DNA from: Tubulanus polymorphus
Lineage: Eukaryota; Animalia; Nemertea
Length of the DNA: 64,000 bases
Assembly (NCBI RefSeq): GCF_964204645.1
Contig: NC_134031.1
Coordinates: 9,052,001 to 9,116,000, forward strand
Direction of reading: 5' to 3'
The notes beneath the pieces are model-generated. The model searched no databases. It saw nothing but the letters and a program-made list of their open reading frames with translations, and was not told where the DNA came from. Below are positions 28,001-41,600 of the stretch, piece after piece. Numbering within the stretch: position 1 is the first letter of the stretch; every line of letters starts with the position of its first letter. Made by a program: the position numbers and the translations under genes.

Positions 28001-31000
28001 GAATTTAGACGGTATATGTGGTTTAATGATTTTATCGAGATATTTGGCCAGGTTATATTCAGCAGTGTCGATCATTGATACAACGGGTCGAAATGGAAAG
28101 TTATCTTTATGCACTTTGCACAAACCATATAATTTACCAGGTTGGCTACCGCTTGGGTAGATAGAATCAAATATTTCTGAACTTACATACTGTTTCACAT
28201 GTTTTCTCAGAAATCCGCAGATTTTGGTTTCATTAGATATGACAGGGTGATTCTTTCTCACATTTTTGATTTCAGTGAATTTACTTTTATCAAATACAAT
28301 TTTATCTAATTTATCGAAATATTCGTTAGAGTCCAAAATAACAATGCCGTTGCCTTTGTCAAATGAGCAGATCTTAATGTCCTTGTTTTTTCGAAGTTTT
28401 TCAATCGTACGGTAGAAACGTCGGTTCCAGGTCGAGCCACATACTGATTTAGCGCTGTTGATAAATGAGATGGTCGCATGTCTAATACTTTCAAGGAAAG
28501 AGTTATTCACATTCGTTTCGCCGCCAGATATAGTCCTATTTTTGTGGTAAACAGTTTTTTCAATACGTGATTTAAGGTCGATTTCGTTGATATTTTTCGG
28601 AAGAATGTGATGCTTTAAGCCGTACGTAGAACTAATTACAAACCGACATTATACCTGAGATACGTGGACGATATTTTCGGCATATTTCGAAATGTATCCA
28701 GTTATAGACTATTTTTTGAAGAATTGAATCGCCTCCATTCTAACCTTAAATTCACTTTTGAACTAGGTCCTAATCTATTACCTTTTCTCGATACCGAAAT
28801 ACAAATTCCGTTAGAAACCGGTAGTGACTTTATATCTCGAGTGTACAGGAAAGCTTCCAACACAGGCCTACTTTTGAACTTCAACGCCATGTGTCCGTAT
28901 AAATGGAAAATAGGACTCATCAATACCATGCTTTTTCGTGCCTACAATATTTGCAGTGATTGGACCATCTTTTCAGAAGAAATCAATTTCTTGAAAAATC
29001 TGTTTAAATCTAATGCGTTTCCTATTCATGTCATCGATCAATGTATTAATAGATTTTTGAAATCAAAACAGAACTCAGAACCTCAACCGAAACCTGTTGA
29101 AGATGGAATTGATCTATTCATTTCATTACCGTATATTGGTAACCCGTCAATCCTATTTGCCCGAAAATTAAAATATCTATTTAAAAGGAATTTTGAAATC
29201 AACTTGAAATGTGCATTCACTACGACCAAAATTAAGAATTTTTTCTCTTTGAAATGTGCTACCCCTAAATCGCTGAAGGCTAAAGTCATATATAAATTCA
29301 ATTGTTTATGTGATATAAACACTTCCTATATTGGGAAAACTAAACGACATTTGGCCATCAGGATTAAGGAACACAGATCAAAGACTTCTGCGATTGGACA
29401 ACATCTCGCAATTTGTCACACTTGTGATCAGGAATTCAGTAACAACAAATTCAAAATTCTAGACAAAGGTTCATCTGATCTCGACTGTAAAATTAGGGAG
29501 GCCCTGTTTATTAAAGCGCAACGACCCTCTTTAAATCAACAATTATTTCAAAACGGCTCATCCTTTATCCTAAATGTATTCAAATAATTAGTTTGTAATT
29601 AAATACTTGGTTTGTAATTAGCTTAGAATTTAGCACTTGTAATTTTGTAACTTATGTTGTATATAAACCTGTAGTTTAATCATTTGATTCACTTGTATTT
29701 CACCTGATGAGGGGATATGATCCCGAAAACGTTCGTGTTAATAAACTGTATTTACTCATTAGAAAATGAGGTTTTTAATGTTATCGCTTCTATGGTTATT
29801 CGGCAAAAATATCTGTTTAAAAAGCCAATAAGAAAGCAAAGACTCCTCTATGATTGGCTTAGCCACAGAGATCAGCAGGTTTTCACGTGAGCCCGCAGTC
29901 TCGTCCACCGTTTAACTTCTAGGTTTTATTTTATGATCTAAAATTGTATTTCAAGATCGATTTCTGTGAAATCTTTAGTTGATTTGGATTTTGGGAGGAA
30001 TATTTTTATTGGCACTACAGAAAATATCATTGATATATATGATCAATATGATATGCTAATTAGCCATGTGCTCAAACCGCAAATTCAATCAAATTGTATT
30101 CTGCAAATAAATTTCAAATCCAATTCAATTTTACTTTATTGAACAAGGTAAAACAAATCTAACTCAGTTATATTTTTTTGAGCAAATTTCAGGAAATTCA
30201 ATTCTATTCCACATTCGAATCAATAAGACCAAGGGAAAAGATTAATCTGAGGTGTTTGTTCCTGCTAGCTCCAGTCGCTGTCTACTTATGAAAACACGAT
30301 TGAATTGTGTAAATTATTAGCCTGGGATTGACTAGTCTATGAGCTGGGAGTGTATTTGGACAAATTTAACCCACAGAATGCATCATTTGCCATTTTATGA
30401 AAAGCTGACAGGCTGGCCAGAGTGCTCCTTGGGGCCCTTGTTTAGATGAATTAATACGCAGATGACTACATCACTTGGCCTAAATTAAACGGGCACCTTG
30501 CATCAAGGGTCGGTACTGTAGCGGTCTTAAATTCCTTGTTTTGTGCTGGGAAATTCAGTGTGAGTCTTTAAATTTGAAAGGTTGGCGGACAATGTCCTTG
30601 GAAGCCTTTAATTTCTACAGTTAGACGGAAATTATCGCCGAGTTGTATGACAGTGTGGCGTGTGTTGATTCATTTACTGCAAACGTATTGCGTTGCAGCA
30701 GTCGGCGGCTAGCCATATCAATGTACCTACATTAATGACGTTTTGACAGAGATTCCTCATTGACAGGTTCCCTATGCATCGCAACAACCAATGAGAGCTA
30801 TGCCCACCTGCTACAGAGCCCCATCAATGGACTTAAGTAACACATTTTCGTTGCCAAACTTGTATTCTAAATCTATATTGTATGAATAGAAATATCGAAA
30901 ATATTTTGGTGCACCAGTGCTTGTTTTGGTGAATAGAACGTGCTTGAATATGTGGATGAATTTTATGCAATACTTATTTACATATAGAAAACACCAAACA

Positions 31001-34000
31001 GACGAACTAGTATTGTTGAGGATATAATTATCGTCATTGTTCAAACGTTACGGCTTGTCCGTAGCGATCCCGCCTCATCGTGCGGGAGATGCTTACATTT
31101 CGTCATGACACTCTGATATCCCTCGGCTGCGGCTGTGGCTGCGGCTGCAGCTGTCTGAAATCGGTCTTAGATTATGGCAAATTTATCAGTAAAGAGGCTG
31201 GTGCGATATCGCAGCCTTGTCATTGCTTTTGTGATTTGCCGATGTACTTGCTACAGGTCATTCCTGTAACCGGGATCGAATCACTAGTACATTTCAAATT
31301 GCATCCCTATATCGTTTACTGACATATTTTGAACTCCGTCAAATCATCTCACTCTGCATTTCATGAGGCTGTGGAAAACCTCTGGGCCCATGGGCAATTA
31401 TTATTTTGAACGAAATAAACTATATCATAGATTTTCAATTAAGTTGTTATCGGTCCAATTAATATTAAAAAGTCTTTGAAAGTGATACACATGTCGATCT
31501 TTCTGAACTATAACCGCAGGGGCGGATCTAGGGGGTGAATAGGGTGGCTAGCCACCCCTCAAATGCCTTCCAAAACATTTTTAAAGGGGGCTTTTTCGTG
31601 TAAATAGCCTATCCTAAGAAGATGAAATAAGAATGTTAGCTGCCTCAGAATCAGAACTAACAGTAGCGTTGTGACTTTATTGTATTATATACCTATTGTA
31701 TGACGCCATAGGCTAAGAGCAATCATCGAGATGATTGCATATCTCCAGTCATTCGGCTAGGCCGTATATTTATCCGCTAAACAGTCATTTTCCCAATCAG
31801 AACTATTTGACTTTTAAAAAAAATTTTCTGTATCGTCTTACTGGTGTAGCGTGCGTTCTTTGGGCCAGAAATAAGATAGTTATGCAAAGCTGGATTTGAT
31901 TGGGTAATTTCATTCATTTTGTACTGACACTCGTGAAAAATCGATTTTGTCATCTCAGTGCGTGCATAATGGAAATTGCTGTTTTGCACAAAGTAAAACA
32001 GCATCGACGATGAGCGTCAATATATATGATGGTTCTTCTGAATATTTTGAGATGCTGCCTGATTCAGTTGTACGTCGATTCGGCTTTCAATGTTCGTCTG
32101 TTGAATTTTGACAGCACTTGCTCATTCAATACATCTTTTATGATATTCTTTCCACTCGTGGTTATCTAAAAGTTCCTTTGACTTATTGTAATTTCTAAAC
32201 GGTTTGTTTACAAAACAGCCAAGTTTTTCCCTTACAGTATCATTAATGATCAGCACACACGGTAGCCACCAACCTCCTGGAAATCAGGGTGGTTACTGTA
32301 TGTAAGCCATTTGCGTTGTTCAAGCCACTTATATTGAAATGAGATCGTTTTATGTCCGAATTCCCAAGTGTCAAGGACGGTCTGGAACGAATAATTCGGT
32401 TTCCAGCAATTTTTACCTTCATGACGTAGTCATGAAGGATATAAGATGGTAGTGAGTCGATGACGTCATTTTCGTGTCGCCACTTATAACTTGTTGGTGG
32501 GAGTTCAGAGGAAGATTTGTCAAACGAATAAATACTTTAATCTTATTAATGCAGAGTGTGAAATTTCGCTTTTTGGTTTACCTTTGTCAGCGATATGATG
32601 TTGGCATTGAGCCAATTCATGTAAAATTGCGGTACGTTTTTTTATGTGAGCATTTGTTTCATTGGTCCTCGGCTTAAACGACGTATAAACGATGCGATTG
32701 AAGACATGGCGAACCTCCGTCAATGACATGGTCAACTGAGTTAAAATTCTACGAAAAACTGTTTTTGGCGGGAAAATTCTTAGCTCTCGTGTATAAAATT
32801 GCAATGACCTCGATTAGGGGGCGTCATCTCTACGAGTGAATGGGATTGGCTGTTTTTGGGATATACGTGGAATTCCGGCGCTACTAAAATAATCATGGGA
32901 AAGCCATAGAATGGTGTACGTTTCATTGGACTAGGTGCCGAATACGTGCGAATTTCAAATGCTCATTGCTGGTGAGGATGTAATTATTTCACACATCCGC
33001 CATAGGTATTGTTTCATTTTAATACCCGGTGATTGTTTTGATTGAAATTGAGGTGAAAGCGAATATTCACTTACACGAGGCCTCCACGTGCGCGCGGAGT
33101 GCTACACCACACACACACTTAAGCTCGTACAGTACACTACTAAGGGTGATGCTGTAACGTGTGCACGTTTGACATGAAAATAGGCTGAATAATCGTAGCA
33201 GAAGATGAGCGCTGTGTTTTCTGTTCGATAGAATTTGTAATAAATTGTAATTTCTTATGACCTGAAAATACTAAGCAGCAAACTATAAGGTCTGTCGAGG
33301 TCTGAATATTGTAGTGGTAAATTCCAGGATTTAAAACGATCTAATAGCCGATTTCTTCTGACCGGTATTTTAGCTTCCGCGGCCAACATTGGGAAAGGTT
33401 TCCAAGACCCAATATTCAGCCACCCTCTGATATGTGACATCATATGAATTTTAGACCATCCCAAAATAATGGTCTGTTTGCCGTAACCCGACCGACCGAC
33501 TTCAAAGGTACCAAGTGAAAACTTTTTTCTGAGATTCATTGAAATAAATTTTATTTTTGATAAAAACGGCCGACCCACTGCCGACGAGCTACGTATGTTT
33601 GAATTCAAGTGTGCATCGTGTGAAAACATGCCTTGACATGTGGCTTAGTTTAAGTTTTCCAGGAAACTGGCAGTGTTCCAATAAGCTGGCATTCATTCTC
33701 ATAGTGACTATATCAAAGCTGGTAACGTAAAACCGCGCACATATTCAATGTACTGTTTCATTTTTAAGACGGAGATGATGCTCTGGACAAAGTTATAATT
33801 TTAGAATAATTCTTTAAATCTACGCTATTAGACAAATTTCCCGTGCACAACGTAGATGATTCTTTTGCAATATTGTTTCCATTTAAAAAAGCCCAAAGAT
33901 AAAAAATTTGTTTTTTTTTCCCAAAAATTTTGCAAAAAAAAAGTTCTACCTACCTACCGACTCATCCTGAAAAGTTGAGCACCAGGGACATTAAAGAAAG

Positions 34001-37000
34001 AAGCACTGAATTTTTTAATTACATGTGATTTGAATAGGCATCTGTGCTGGTTTTTCAAAAAGTCGAATCTTAATTGACTCCTATTACATAGGCCTAAGCC
34101 AGGACCTCTGGAATTGAATTGAATTCGACACAGTAATTCGCCTGTAATTTGCGATGAATCTTTTTGAAAATTAGCATGAAGATTGGGTCTGGCGAGATGT
34201 CCTCCCTTATTGTAAAAAAATGTCATTGGTGATCAAATATGGCTGCCATTGGGGTAGCCATCTTGAATTTCTTGTTTGCACGATGCAGCCGGCAATTCTT
34301 GATGGATTTCCACAAAATTTGGTATGAGGATCAGGGACAAGCTGTCCATGCCTTTTGTATATGGAGGTCATCGGCCTTCAAATATGGCCGCCAGGTCAGC
34401 CATCTTGAATTTCTAGCACGAAACGGCCTGCAATTCTTGATGCATTTTCAAGGTACTAGGTGTACGAATTTTGGTAGGTGAAATGTCTACCCCTTATTGA
34501 AAATTGAGTTCTAGTATGGCCACCAGGGTTGCCATCCATCTTGGATTTCTATTCAGCATGATGCCTACACCAATCCTCGTTGCATTTTTCATGTAGTGTG
34601 ATCTTTGGTGCTGCTAAAAAGGGCTTGTCTTTTCATTTAAGGATATATTAACAGAAAATGAACATTATCGCCACATAGCCTATACCTCTTAACTATTTTA
34701 AAATTGTTACATTGTTACTATGTAAATCATTCTATAAAACTTTGAATACTGAATCATTCTTCTTCTACTGCATCATGAAGGTTCAAGGCCCTTGGGCCTC
34801 TTGTTAAGAATATCAATTTTCTCAGAATTACTCGACGAGTTTCCAACATGGTATGAAGAAACAGTTCCGATATTTGTTTCGATATTTGTTTCTTCGTACG
34901 CTGTACCTGTTTCGACAGTCCGACTCGTTTCTAGATTAGACGATGGCGTCGATATAAAGTTTCCGTTTCAGAGTCGTCCATCTGTTGATTTTTATAAACT
35001 TGATCGGCTTCTGGTAGGCCTAAACCAAATTCAGTGTGCAGTTTCGCCCATTTATTTATTCATTTATTTTATCCACTTATATTGAAATATCTATTCATGT
35101 TTATCTGTGTATTACCGGTAATAAGGATTTTGCATAATATGTAACTGAAATTGTAAAGGAAAATAAAGATGATGATGATGATGATGATGGATGATGGATG
35201 ATGGATGATGGATGATGGATGATGGATGATGGATGATGGATGATGGATGATGATGATGAAAACCAAATAATATGCAAATGGTTCCCGTGAGTAGTTATAG
35301 TACCAATAGTCAGCAGTTTGGAAACGGCATAACGCGTTAATTAAGAATGAAAATTATGATTTTTGATCTCTATTAAAGGTCACCTATGGCAACACATATG
35401 ACATTACACAATACAAAGTCACTGCGCTACTGTTGCTCTGGTTCCCAGGCAGGCGCTTAGACATAATTACCAACTCTTTCGGTCGTGCGTGTACATCGAA
35501 ACTGTGATTGAAGACAACATTGGCGCATGAGAGGAACTGGCTGGATACAATCAGTTGCTCGAATGTGTCGATGTGAGCTAGCTTATGACTAGTTAGCGTC
35601 CATCTATCTCCAGTTCCTGCTCATCTTCTACTTTTGAGGAACAGGTTGTAACTCAATTACAGTGATATCCGCACTCCATAATCAACAACATATGGTGCAA
35701 CTGACTTAAAGCAATTTGTCATTGAGCTGATGCCCTCAAGAATATTTGCTAGATAACACATCTCAGTTGCTGTTGATGTATGCGCTATGGATCTAGCAAC
35801 TGGCTTGAGCCATGCAGTAATGCTGTTAATAGTTACCAGCACTAATTATCAGAACTCGAGCGTGCGTCACGTGTCTTCAGAACTTCGTAATGGATTCTTG
35901 CTTGTGAAAAACTGGCACGCTTTTATGGTGCCAATGTCTGCCGAACTGCCGCCATGATTAAAGATGGAGTATTTACACAAAATAAGCCCTTTTAAAGAAT
36001 TTTTCGTAAGGAATTTGAGGGGGTGGCTGGCCACCCTATTCACCCCCTTAGATCCGCCCCTGCCATGACAGCATACCAATATTCTCACTACGTGGCGCTG
36101 TGGACAGATGGAAGAAGTCAGTGGCTTTGATTGAGTTGGTAAGGCCAGCTGTGCTGTTGAGTGGAGTTTATGAATTAGTCCAGGGGAGTCAGTCTGGAAA
36201 AAAAAGGGAAAATGCATTGTAGGTTCTCTCCTTTGTGCCGGTACCGGTATTCCCCACTATATACAACTCACAACAGGAAATGAGAATATTATACTGATCG
36301 ATGAGATATAATCAAAATGCTTCACGAATGCATGGTGAAATCAATTAACATTTATCGAGTACACGTGGTTTAGTTCAGTTTCAAAGCTGGATCACATCAA
36401 AAACATGGTATAAGTACATATAAACATAAGTGCCATATGCCAATGGGTAAGATTAGTTCATGCAATCCCCAATGGAACTATGAAAGCACCAAACAAGGTA
36501 AATCAGTACTTTTTACGTGGTAGTGTGGATCCACATATCCCGGATGTGTGTCGCGCTCCTTCAAAATAGTCGTATGTTATAAACTGATAAGAATTATTTG
36601 GTGAAATCTTTGTGCATGATTTCCGAGTGCGACATTTAAACCTGCAAGGCAGAAGAAACCCGTCTTCGTTGCTTTGAATCTATATTTGTACTTGGCTTGG
36701 ATTTGAATACATTTGAGATGATGCATGATGTTTATATCTTTACAGTGATGAACTGACAACAGAAAATGTGCAGCAAGCATTGCTGAAAGTGGTGCCATCC
36801 CTTTCACGTGATCAGACAATCTTATCAATGGCTAGTGGGACAATCCTTTCTCAGCACAAAGTGAAACTACATGACAGTCAATTTAAAAATGTCCGTCAAC
36901 CAGAACTGTTTCAAACAAAGTCTCAATATATTCTTGATGATAAACCTAGGTTTGTTTGATTTTAAAGAATCTTAATGCACTAATTACCTTCGTATTAATT

Positions 37001-38609
37001 AGGGACATGTTTCCCATTGGATTTGAAAATGTGTCTACTTTTTCATGATATTTTTGCAGGGGCAAATCAAGGAATCTAAAATGGGGCTTTAAGCTCATCC
37101 ACTCGATTTCATATCTATTTAGGTGGGTAGTCCATTCGACTGCGGTTCTATTTCCCTATACCTTTTCGGAGATGTCCATTCGATCATCAATCTATTTGAC
37201 AATTTTCATGACTGGTTCACCCGACTACCTGAACTATATTAGTCTCGACCTAAACGGGTACTGGTCTATTCCGGTAATCCGTCCAATTGGGTAATATAGA
37301 AAGAACATTTCGGTTTGCCACATTGATTTTCACACTGTGTCCGCCATCAAGAATACTCAATATTTGTGTAATTCAATCATACAAACACATCTGCGACAAC
37401 GCCACTAAAACACAGCCCGGCCAAATGTCTGGAACATGGCCGTTTGAGACGCACGTACGATGATGTTGCGTTCGCATCCTGAGTTTTATAAAGATTCTTC
37501 CATGAGGGATTTGACTGTTTCGCATTTCAGTTATATGAAACCACCGTCCACTCGAAAGAAGATGGAAATAACTTCCCTGTTAGAAAATTCATGCTGCCAG
37601 GACTCGACATCGAATGGACATCAAATTGGTCGAAAAATCGTTGGGTGGATGAGCTGGGGGTGGGGTTTGTGGGGTAAATTCATTTCTTTGACGGCTGCAT
37701 TAAACTTCCTAGGTATAGATACGCTATAGGAAATGGATAATCTGAAGCTCTTTGAATTGAATATAATCCGTATACCCGGGTAAACTATGATTGTAGTTTT
37801 ACCCGCATGATATCCAGCAGATTTTTATATTGCCTACATAAAATCATAGAGGCTACAATTAATGGCACTTGAAACCATTCTGAAACCAGGCACCTTCATT
37901 ATATTGTGGAGCTCAGTTGGCATCAGTTATTTTGTTTCTCAGAATAACATGTACTGTTAATACACAGGTCTGTTTATACACCATTACGGTAAACCTCCCA
38001 TATGTTGTATTATTTGGACCTGATCGAATTTATTTGACTTACACGAGGTATGACTTGTGAATAAGTTGAATATTTAGGAATCTTTACAAAAGGCATGATT
38101 AAGAAGTTAATATCCTTCAATATTGACATCAACTGTTGCATAGCCAATATAGGCTACGTATGAGCCTTACAAAAAGTCAATACACAGACTTCATGACCTT
38201 CAGGTGTTTATTTCGGGTCGTCTATATTCATGCCATAGAATATTGGTATGATACAATCCAGAGCTGTGACTTACACGATTAAATTTGTAAAGTAAAATGA
38301 AGAAATCAGTCCACATATTTTAGTGCAACTTGCACGTGTATATGACTTATGACGTATAATGACTTATAGATGGATTTTAATGGTATTTGGTGTTTGAAAT
38401 TTGTGCGACTTTGATGAGTGTCTGAGTGGGTGCAAAGCAACTTAAGCGAGGTTGACTGTATATTCTTTTCACTACGAATATGTTCCTGTCGACTGATATG
38501 GATTACGCATAGGTCTTACATAGAAATTTCACAACGGGACCTCATAGTTGTCTACAAAATAAGTGAAGAATTATGAAGTACGCATCAGAAATTTAGTAAA
38601 TGGGACTAA

Positions 38610-38646
<37 letters not shown>

Positions 38647-41600
38647 ATTAAAGCAATTATACAATTTTAGCAGGGGCAGATTAACCAAGGTTGATTGTAA
38701 AAGATTTAAACTTAGGAACTTAGATACATAACTCAAAGAAATATGACCCAATTATCATAACTGTTAATTTGCAGAGCAATGAATCCACCAAGTAGTCCTG
38801 CCCTTAGGAAATATGGCAATATTGTTGGAGATTCCTTAGCAACATCATTAAAGGCAGAAGAATCTGCTAATACGACAGCACGTGACCATACATTCAGATC
38901 ACAATACAAAAAGCCATTGCCATCAATTGGAGGTATATATATGTTTCACACACTACCAGTTGACATTCTTTAATTTCATCATCGTTTATAGTATAGTAGA
39001 CTCTGCCTGAATAGGTACAGGTGGGACCTTCATTTAAATTACTATATTACTGTCCAAATGGAGCAAATTTAAATGAGATGGTTTCGAGAGAAATGGCCTT
39101 TTGACTGTGCAATTGAGCATATATTCATACAAATCATTCGTTTAAGCATTATCCAATCTCCAATTCCTAGGGAGCTGAATTTTGAAAGAAAAAGCGCCTC
39201 ATTTAAGTTTACCTGATGTTTTTTTGTGAAAAGAGTGTATTTCAATGAATAATTACCCATGGATTGCATCATTGCTTTGCGTTGTTTGGCGTGCCATTCT
39301 ACCATTGGTCCTTTATTACTATCAAAACGGAAATCTTATTTTTACTTACCAAATTTACTGGTGCCAGTTGCTAGGCAGAGTCTACTGTATAATAACCCAC
39401 ACGCTCAGATGTGGAAAATAGAGACTACAACCTATAGGCCTATACAAAATTAAAAGATTAAAAAACGAAACTTACTTTTCAAAACTTAATATCTGAGATA
39501 CAATATTTGGGGCTTTCCCTCTAGAGACCATTGCCATAAGAGACTCGACAATGGTCTATAGAGAGAGTCTGAGAAGTTTTGTCTCTTGATTAAAACAACA
39601 GCTGAATAATAAATTTCATTTTTTATCTTCTAAATTTGTTCTTAAGTTTTTTTTATCTCATGTAGGATTTTTTTATCTTATCATTTATCTCTTTTAGCGT
39701 TTGGAAGTCAAGAAATTGCTGATACATCAACTTCTAGTCAAAAGAAGGCACATCTTCCTTACATTTCACTTGGTCTTCCTGAGCTACCATCGGGTGTCAA
39801 ATACACAAAACCATTTACCTACCGGAAGGATGAACATATTGATTTCACACTTGGTATGTTTATGTGGAGCCGTTTTTATTGATACAACCTTGTCAACTCT
39901 AGCTTAGATCGTACTGGTCTCCCATCCACTGGACTTGATAGATATGGAGGTTGTAGTTTCTAGACAAACCAAAAGACCCCTTTTGATTTTACTGAAGATC
40001 ATCAGACTTTAAAATTCCACGCTTTGCCGTAGTTACGTGGAAAATTAACTAATTCGAATATTTTTACAGCAGTTACTGTCTTGTGCTCATTCTGCAATCC
40101 ACAATTTTAAATGGATTTGATAACAAATGGATTCCTATGAATGTTACTTATGATCAGATCATTTTGAGCCGTGATGTGGCAACTAACTAAAACTTAACCA
40201 AAAATAAACCTTCCAGTCGTTTAGTTTCCATCTGGATTAGTGTTTTGGTTTGCAGTGTTTACAATATTCCAATACCCATTATGGATAATGTTTTCTGTTT
40301 AATTATTACTGTATTGTTTGTAGAACCACAGCCGACTCCTGTTCCAACTCCTACATGTGTGGGTACTTCACGATCTGATGACTATGGTTCAACCCTATAC
40401 GTTACAATACCATCTGTATCAACAGAACGTTTGGATCCTGATGATATATATCAAAAACAAGAAATCGAAAAACAGGTAACCATGCACGCTTTTTTCAATT
40501 ATACAGGGATCTTCCGCGGATTACTGCGTTTGGAGGTCCATTTTTATCATTCTTGAGATCGATAGATCGTAGCGTACTTAAAGAACAAACTGGAAAAGCG
40601 TCTCATAAAACCGGTGCTACGATCTCTGAAATCTTTTTTTACAACATCATTGCAAAACACCGCTGTTGTCTAGAACCACTGCAGATCAAAACATGTTGGG
40701 CGCGGCGCACCTGTCTAGACGTGTAGAACAAACAACGGACTGCTAGATTACATCAAAATGCTTGCTGAATGTCATATTTTACTTCGTTTGATTTGTATGA
40801 AATAAACCATCATACGTGAGTCGTCACATGGACATATCTAGTTTCTTAAGTGCACGTCTAATAGTCTCGAAAAAGAAAGTTTTTTACGCTCCAAAACTCC
40901 AATGTTCGAAAATCCAAGATGGCGCCGCCCAGAAGTGCAATCTCTGGTATGTTGAAGTCGCTAGAACTAGATGAAAAACCTGTTTCAAGTGATCAACTGC
41001 GTACACTACATTTATCTGGCTAGGAAATACCACCCGGATAAAAATCCAAATGAGGACTCGACAACAAAGTTCCAACAGGTTAAAAAAAAGCCTATATTGA
41101 CTAACGAGAAATCCTGAAAAATGAATCGGAAAGCAAATTTCGCAGGTCGTCGTCGTTGTCTTCATCTACCCCAGTAACAATCAATGAGAAAACCATGTCG
41201 GTAGTATTTGAGTTAAAAACTGATCATGTCCTGCCACTGTTGCGATTATTCAGAGAAAGTTATGGTGACCCAATCGATCGTGGAAACCATGGATTACACT
41301 TCAAAACGACGTATGATGACAGCCTCGGTATCATACACATAACCGTATACAAAGGCTCGAAAAACAAAACTCCTAAAGTGCATGTGCAGGGAAATTGCCG
41401 GGTATACTCAATAAACTTGCCCAGAAAATCGACAAACCTTTATCACCAACTGAAGCAAAGAAGAAACCGAAGAGCAGTTGTATAATTTGCACAAAGTCAG
41501 ATGACGATGACATGCTGCAATGTTTTGTGACTCCTGGACTCATAACTGCTGCTCTGCGCTGAATTGCGATTATGTACAGAAGCTCTCAGCTAACCTAGAT

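Larger units (their letters stand above)
26472..29803 (-). mobile_element. Penelope-like retroelement (RT + GIY-YIG) with inverted partial duplication and TSD
   Basis: Arms 26492-27665 and 28630-29803 (1174 bp each) are reverse complements; TSD CAAAAATATCT at 26461-26471 and 29804-29814; 20-nt extension 26472-26491. Confidence 0.95.
26246..30443 (+). mobile_element. HINE family 2 copy interrupted by the Penelope insertion
   Basis: TTTTAGGCCAGCC start, GGCTGGCC...CTTGTTT end; an uninterrupted copy lies at 46803-47496. Confidence 0.75.
31517..36062. mobile_element. Decayed hAT-like element bounded by ~45-bp TIRs, with nested repeats
   Basis: CAGGGGCGGATCTAGGGGGTGAATAGGGTGGC.AGCCACCCC and its reverse complement; minus-strand remnant [21 protein letters not shown] (~31800-31900) resembles ZMYM1/hAT transposases; no TSD match. 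Confidence 0.6.

Noticed and set aside
26973-29322. Short ORFs antisense to the Penelope ORF (likewise antisense ORFs over the LINE, env and gag)
   Set aside because: Shadow frames of real coding sequence
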